Below are positions 56,373-64,000 of a stretch of DNA of 64,000 bases, piece after piece (the stretch's first letter is position 1; the number at the start of each line of letters is the position of its first letter). The notes below the pieces were generated by a model, which saw only the letters and a list, made by a program, of their open reading frames with translations, had not been told where the DNA came from and did no database searches. This stretch comes from Eledone cirrhosa (Eukaryota): the NCBI GenBank assembly GCA_964016885.1, contig OZ024752.1, positions 35,030,001 through 35,094,000 of the forward strand, written 5' to 3'. The position numbers and the translations under genes are program-made.

Positions 56373-56452
56373 CTTCCAACTAATTAGTTTCTGGAATGGA
56401 ATAAATATATTTTCCGAAGAAAATACAGAGAATCATTCCGTCGTCAGGGAAG
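56373..56452 (-). ncRNA. Type I hammerhead ribozyme (homolog of 930-1009)
   Basis: Minus strand: cttcc-CTGACGA-c-ggaatg...gtattttc-TTCG-gaaaatat...cattcc-a-GAAAC-taatta-GTT-ggaag. Confidence 0.85.
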
Positions 56453-56614
56453 ACTATTCTCATCTAAGTATCCAGGCAAAGCGTGGACTCTGGAAACTTA
56501 TTAAAAAATAATTCAGTGGATAGAAAATAGCAAAGCGTGGACTGAATTCCTAGCCATTGAGAAAATCACTGCCTCTGCGTCGGTGGCAAATTCAAAAAGA
56601 ATCAATCACGTATA

Positions 56615-56650
<36 letters not shown>

Positions 56651-56755
56651 TGTATGTATGTATGTATATATGTATGTATGTAAAAGGTAAACAGAAATAA
56701 CAACACAATCGGTAAGGAATATATTATTTTAACGCTTGAAATAGCAGGAAGAGGG

Positions 56756-56791
56756 CCTTAACGTTTCGGACGCTAGTCCTTCATCAGAAGA
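56756..56791 (-). ncRNA. Minimal type I hammerhead ribozyme
   Basis: Minus strand: tctt-CTGATGA-a-ggac-tagc-gtcc-GAAAC-GTT-aagg. Confidence 0.8.
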
Positions 56792-57063
56792 AAGAATGAG
56801 AGATAGGATAGATTGAAGAGACGGGCGGGGTGGAATTGGAAAAAATGTTTTTAGAGAAAAATATCAGGTCCGTTCATGTTGACATCACTTGGAAAACTGT
56901 TAATGCTGGCGTTTTGTACATGTAGATATATGCATTCGAAAGGGCCGGAGCTCACCCATCGGGGACCTGACTCTTTTCCTATTACCCACTCTACTACCCT
57001 AAGTATTGAGTACTCTAGTGCGTTATGGTCCACATGGTATCTTAGCACTCCGTCTTTGTATAT

Positions 57064-57192
<129 letters not shown>

Positions 57193-57232
57193 TATATACA
57201 TATAGATATACATATATATATATATGTATATC

Positions 57233-57279
<47 letters not shown>

Positions 57280-57300
57280 ATATACAAAGACGGAGTGCTA

Positions 57301-57391
<91 letters not shown>

Positions 57392-57463
57392 CATATATAT
57401 ATACATACATACATATATATACATATATATATATATACAAATATACACAAACAGTTGTAAGAT

Positions 57464-58480
57464 AATGGTTTCTGATTTAGGCACAATTGGGGGGGGGGGT
57501 GATTAAATCGACCCCAGTATGTTACTGGTACTTTATTTTATCGAACCCCGTAATGATGAAAGGCAAAGCTAGCCTCGGCGGCATTTGAACTCAGAATTTG
57601 AACTCAGAACGTAAATGTCCCTAACTCTATGCCGCTAAGCATAATATCCTGCACTCTACCGATTCTGCCAATTTGTAAGATAATTGTTTCTACTTTTGGC
57701 ACAAAGCCAGCAATAACCCCCCCCCCACACACACACACACACACACCTCAGTGCATTACTGGTATTTTATTTTATCGAACCCCGTAAGGATGAAAGGCAA
57801 AGTTAAACTCGGCGGCATTTGAACTCAGACTGTAAAGGGACGTAACTATGCTGGAAAGCATGGCGTCTGACTCTCTGCCGATACTGCCAATCCACCGCCC
57901 TTTGTAAGATAATTGTTTCTACTTTTTGACACAAGGCCAGCAATTATCCCAGTACATTACTGGTACTTTATTTTATCGACCCCGTAAGGATTAAAGGCAA
58001 AGTTAAGCTCGGCGGCATTTAAACTCAGACTGTAAAGGGCCGTAACTCTGTGCTGCAAAGCATGGCGTCCGACCCTCTACCGATACTGCCAATAAGATAA
58101 TTGTTTCTACTTTTGGCACAAGGCCAGCAATTAATCCTCCAGTGCATTACTGGTATTTTATTTTATTGACCCCGTAAGGATTAAAGGCAAAGTTAACCTC
58201 GGCGGGATTTGAACTCAGACTGTAAAGGGCCGTAACTCTGTGCTGCAAAGCATGGCGTCCGACCCTCTACCGATACTGCCAATCCAGATCCAGATAATTG
58301 TTTCTACTATTGGCACAAGGCCAGAAATTACCCAGTACATTACTGGTACTTTATTTTATCGACCCCGTAAGGATGAAAGGCAAAGTTAACCTCGGCGGGA
58401 TTTGAACTCAGAATGGCAAGGGCCGTAACTCTATGCGTCAAAGCATGGCGTCCGACCCTCTACCGATACTGCCAATCCTG
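57464..58480 (-). mobile_element. Head-to-tail array of five Deu/Nin SINEs
   Basis: Five consecutive units, mostly joined by '(a)agataattgtttctac'. Confidence 0.88.
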
Positions 58481-58647
58481 ATCCAGATAATGACAGTTAT
58501 TCATTTCTCTGAAAAATTTCTCTCTTTTTAAACAATAATCGTAAATATCGTTCGCCATGTTTGATTGGGCGTCGATGAATTGTGTTGCTTCGTAGTAAAC
58601 AAAGATCTCCTTCTCTTATAGCTACTACATAACAGACATTGATCAAT

Positions 58648-58838
58648 AATTGTTTCTACTTTAGGCACAAGGCCAGCAATTATCCCAGTGCGTTACTGGT
58701 ACTTTATTTTATCGACCCCGTAAGGATGAAAGGCAAAGTCAACCTCGGCGGGATTTGAACTCAGATCGTAAAGGGACGTAACTATGCTGGAAAGCATGGC
58801 GTCCGACCCTCTACCGATACTGCCAATCCACCGCCCTT
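58648..58838 (-). mobile_element. Deu/Nin-type SINE
   Basis: Consensus match. Confidence 0.85.
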
Positions 58839-58879
58839 TGAATGGTTTCGATTTAGCACCAATTATTCTAACACAAATA

Positions 58880-59052
58880 ATCAGGCATTCCTATAGAGAT
58901 ATCATAGCCGGAAGAAGCTGACCATCGATTCCATTCTCTTGCAGATTCTTCCACAGCTGGTCCCGAAGAACGGGGTCATATGCCTTTTCAAGGTAGACAC
59001 AACAAGAATATACTTTGGCAATACTCCCACATTTTCTGTTCATCAACTAGCT
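58880..59052 (-). pseudogene. RTE-clade reverse transcriptase fragment
   Basis: Minus strand encodes AKVYSCCVYLEKAYDPVLRDQLWKNLQENGIDGQLLPAMISL*, resembling the RT 'FVDLEKAYDRV.R..LW..L..YG' region; frameshift and stop present. Confidence 0.7.
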
Positions 59053-59610
59053 TGGTTTCGACAATCTCCCATCATCTCTTAGCCAGGCAGCCAAACAAAA
59101 ACAACAACACCGCGAGCTTTGCCTTCCATCTTTATGTGGTCGATAAAATAAAGTACCAGTAATGTACTGGATAATTGCTGGCCTTATGACAAAAGTAGAA
59201 ACAAGTATTAATGCTTAGCAGCATAGAGTTACGGTCTTTTACGGTCTGAGTTCAAATCCCGCTGACGTGTACTTTGCCTTTCATCCTTTTGGGTTCGATA
59301 AAATAAAGCACCAGTAACATACTGGGGTCGATTTAATCGACTTCCTCCTCTTCCACCCAAATTACTGGCCTTGTGCCTATACTAGAAATCGTTATTAATG
59401 CTTAGCAGACATTGATCAATAATGTTTGGTATTATCAGTATGTTCTGAACCATAGCCAAATCTTGCCTAAACGTTTCTCTATATTTCATTACTCTTCCGT
59501 AGTTCCTTTACATCAGTCATATAAACATTTCCACAACAACCCACATGATATATTCATGTATCTGACACTTAATATCCTTCCGAATATCTGAATATCTGAG
59601 GAACGACAAG

Positions 59611-59693
<83 letters not shown>

Positions 59694-59736
59694 TTCCTGC
59701 TCTCCCTCTCTCATTATATGTATATTTATATGTATG

Positions 59737-59782
<46 letters not shown>

Positions 59783-59809
59783 CATATATATATATGCATA
59801 CATATATAC

Positions 59810-59847
<38 letters not shown>

Positions 59848-59886
59848 TTCCTGCTCTCCCTCTCTCATTATATGTATATTTATATG

Positions 59887-59962
<76 letters not shown>

Positions 59963-59997
59963 CATACATACATATATATATATGCATACATATATAC

Positions 59998-60074
<77 letters not shown>

Positions 60075-60137
60075 TGTATATATATGTATATATATGGTAT
60101 ATATATGTATATATATATTTGTTATATGCGTCTATAT

Positions 60138-60193
<56 letters not shown>

Positions 60194-60452
60194 ATACAGT
60201 ATATATACACACAAGCCACATTACTCATGAAATATTGAAATATAAACAAAAGAACAGCAATAGTCACAGAGTGATAAACACGATAGAATTTCCTTGAAAA
60301 CCTTAAAACTTTGTCGACTTACAATATATTATATTGTATAAGTTGGTGTTAGAGAGCGAATGGGGGGGGGGGGGAGATACCGATAGAGAGATAGGGGGAG
60401 AAAGATGGAGAGAGGGTGAGATAGATAGATAGATAAAGAGAGAGAGAGAGAA

Positions 60453-60486
<34 letters not shown>

Positions 60487-60664
60487 GATTCCCTGGATTT
60501 TACTAAATTCTGTGGATGAATTTATATCCTGATTCTCTTTTGAGATGAGTTTGAGTTATTTTTCCTAAATCTCTTGTTAACTACTTTTCCCATCTTGACG
60601 TTATAGTCGCATATATGTTATAGAATGCCGTTAGCTTCTTGCTAAAACAATCTCTATACCTCTC

Positions 60665-60707
<43 letters not shown>

Positions 60708-60758
60708 AACCAGTAAGACCCCGACGGCTGAGCTCAAGCCGTTTCGGCGGCTAATTCT

Positions 60759-60947
60759 AGGGCGGTGAATTGGCAGTATCGGTAGAGGGTTGGGCGCCAT
60801 ACTTTCTAGCATAGTTACGTCCCTTTACAGTCTGAGTTCAAATCCCGCCGAGGTTAACTTTGCCTTTCATCCTTACGGGGTCGATAAACTAAAGTACCAG
60901 TAATGTACTGGGTAATTGCTGGCCTGGTGCCTAAAGTAGAAACAATT
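60759..60947 (+). mobile_element. Deu/Nin SINE directly after a 44211-family fragment (60705-60758)
   Basis: aggaaccagtaagaccccgacggctgagctcaagccgtttcggcggctaattct followed by the SINE head. Confidence 0.8.
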
Positions 60948-60969
60948 ATATATATATATATATATACAT

Positions 60970-61000
<31 letters not shown>

Positions 61001-61077
61001 TATATATATATATATATATATATATACATTATATATATACATATATATATACATTATATATACATATATATACATTA

Positions 61078-61233
<156 letters not shown>

Positions 61234-61466
61234 TATATATACATTATATATATACATTATATATATATATATACATTATATATATATATATATATATACA
61301 TTATATATATATACATTATATATATATATATATATACATTATATATATATATATATATATACATTATATATATATATATATACATTATATATATATATAC
61401 ACATTATATATATATACATTATATATATATAAATGCATATATATATATATATATATATATACATAC

Positions 61467-61499
<33 letters not shown>

Positions 61500-61565
61500 T
61501 ATTTAGGGTTGTTTTGTTCTACATTTGTCTTGTTTCAAGGTCTATCAGAACTTGGCCAGATAATA

Positions 61566-61752
61566 TAATTGTTTCTACGTTTGGCACAAGGCCAGCAATT
61601 ATCAGTACATTACTGGTACTTTATTTTATCGACCCCGTAAGGATGAAAGGCAAAGTTAACCTCGGCGGAATTTGAACTCAGAATGGCAAGGGTCGTAACT
61701 CTATACGTCAAATATGGCGTCCGACCCTCTACCAATACTGCCAATCCACCGG
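61566..61752 (-). mobile_element. Deu/Nin-type SINE
   Basis: Consensus match. Confidence 0.85.
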
Positions 61753-62257
61753 CCAGATGATATAATGCTGACTGTTCTTTAAGCTAGAAATTATTTAGGA
61801 AAACAACCAGCTACTGACAATACTAACAACAGCAAATATTATCGGAACATTTTATTAAACTAATAATCAATAGGTTCTTTTGGCATTTTTTCCATTCCCC
61901 ACAAATTTCTGTCTCTTTGTTAATATTTACCATATTGATTTCTTAAAGACTCTCCAAACCTTAGATTTATACGAGAGAGAGAGAGTGTGTGTGCGTGTGA
62001 GAGAGAGTGTGTGTGTGTGTGTGTGTGAAAGAGAGAGAGTGTGTGTATGTGTGTGAGAGAGAGAGAGTGTGTGTGTGTGAGAGAGTGTGTGTGTATGTGT
62101 GAAAGAGAGAGAGAGAGAGAGTGTGTGTGAGAGAGAGAGAGAGTGAGAGAGGTGTGAGTGAGAGAGAGGAGGAATGAGTGAGAAGGGGGGGTGAGAGAGG
62201 GGGGTGAAGTTCTGTGATGTTTTTGTGCCTTGTTCCAAAGTAATAGTAGCAGCGTAT

Positions 62258-62845
62258 AGTATGGTATGGCATGGTATGGTATGGTAGGGTATGGTATGGT
62301 AGGGTATGGTATGGTGTGGTAGGGTATGGTATGGTGTGGTAGGGTATGGTATGGTGTGGTAGGGTATGGTATGGTGTGGTAGGGTATGGTGTGGTATGGC
62401 ATGCTATGGTGTGGTGTGGTATGCTATGGTATGGTATGGCATGGCATGGTATGATATGGTATGGTATGACATAGTATGCTATAGTATGGTATGCTATGGT
62501 ATGGTGTGGTATGATATGGTATGACATAGTATGCTATGGTATGACATAGTATGGCATGGTATGGTATGGTAGGGTATGGTATGGTATGGCATGGTGTGGT
62601 ATGGTATGGCATGCTATGCTATGCTATGGTGTGGTATGGTATGGTATGGTATGGCATGGTATGGTATGACATAGTATGCTATGGTATGGTATGGTATGGT
62701 ATGCTATGGTATGGTGTGGTATGATGTGGTATGGTATGGTATGGTATGGCATGGCATGGTATGGTATGACATAGTATGCTATGGTATGGTATGGTATGGT
62801 ATGCTATGGTATGGTGTGGTATGGTATGGTATGGTGTGGTATGGT
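62258..62845. repeat. (ATGGT)n pentanucleotide satellite
   Basis: Direct reading. Confidence 0.95.
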
Positions 62846-64000
62846 CCCGTATCTCTTTGTGGAGTCGTAGGGGCGTTGTACTGACATACGGTTTTTCTAG
62901 GGCATTTAAAAAAAAACCTGGTGGAGCCCATCTTTGGCCATCTTCTGGCCTGGATATAGCAGATTTTTTCCAGAGAAGGATAGAAAGTGAGAAAAATATA
63001 TAAAGAATCGACCCCAGTACTATACTGGTACATTTTTTATCGACAAGTTGACCTCAGTGGCATTTGTGAGTGTTATTTGCGAATGTATTTCTGAATAGAT
63101 TCGTTCCCCTCGTTTCCGTTCCCATTTGCAACTATTTTACTTAATTTGTGTGCCTTCTCGCATGACCCAATAGTTAGTACACTTGATGTACGATCGTAAT
63201 ATCGTCTGTTCGATTCCTGGACAGAGTGCTGCGTTGTCTTCTTGAGCAAAACACTTTAACTAACGTAGCCCCAGCACAATCAGTGAGTACCAACAGAAGC
63301 TGGGGCTGTTTAACCCTGCGACGGTCTAGCTGTCCTGACCAGGGAGAGTCTTGTACTCTCAGTTGCTTAACGTCAAGGAAATCGAGGATAAGAATCGGCT
63401 TTAACTATTGACATTAAACCATCACTGTTAGTAGTGTTAAACGTCGCACCCTGGGTAAAATTACTGCAAAAGTAAGATACCAAGTGATCCACTTATAGCT
63501 AGATCATGTAAATTTAATTCCCATAAACATTGTAATCCATCCTATTTGAAAATGACCTTTCTTTCTTTCTCCTTTTTCCTGTTTTGGATATTTAAAGTGG
63601 ATTGTGTAGTATGACCCACCCATCCTTGACAGGACATATTCTGTTTTAATCACGATTACTTTCAGTTCGGAATTTAAACAAATTGATTTCGAAATATATC
63701 ATTGTTCTTAATGGTTATTTTTGTTTTATCCTCGATTCAAATTTCATTACTTCCTGTTTGAACGAAAAGCACCTACATGGTTATAAATGTTAACTAGATT
63801 TATAACACGCACACGACTTCTACATCGACTTTTCAGCCCACTTGGTAAACAACGAATGAGGTGAGGTCTGGGATCTTGTCGATTCAGATCAAAATATTAT
63901 GTAACATCGTTACTAAAAAAAAAAAGTGTAAATACCTTTTTTTTTTTTAATGAGTCAACAACAGTGATATTTAAACACTGTCACCGAACTAAATATTATT

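Overview
Eukaryotic, AT-rich, microsatellite-dense genomic DNA. The SINE/LINE repertoire and (TA)n/(TCTA)n load suggest a mollusc, most likely a coleoid cephalopod such as Octopus (inference). The only host gene I can support is the 3' part of cohesin SMC1 on the + strand: six exons in 1-7224 with canonical GT-AG sites, encoding the LSGGEK signature, Walker B/D-loop and the C-terminus. A long AT-rich region follows that may be its 3'UTR. The remaining ~50 kb is intergenic repeat: Deu/Nin-type and other tRNA-derived SINEs, RTE, CR1 and Tx1 LINE remnants, hAT/piggyBac/TcMar MITEs and satellites. The most interesting signal is a set of short non-coding elements inside (TA)n tracts. They carry at least 8 type I hammerhead ribozyme motifs from several unrelated families, one pair with compensatory changes. 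They repeatedly form fold-back palindromes that turn at the ribozyme stem II hairpin, and several share a 3' tail motif (ACTC...GAGTRCT). This looks like a Penelope-like/retrozyme system. Nearly all long ORFs in the supplied track are repeat artefacts.
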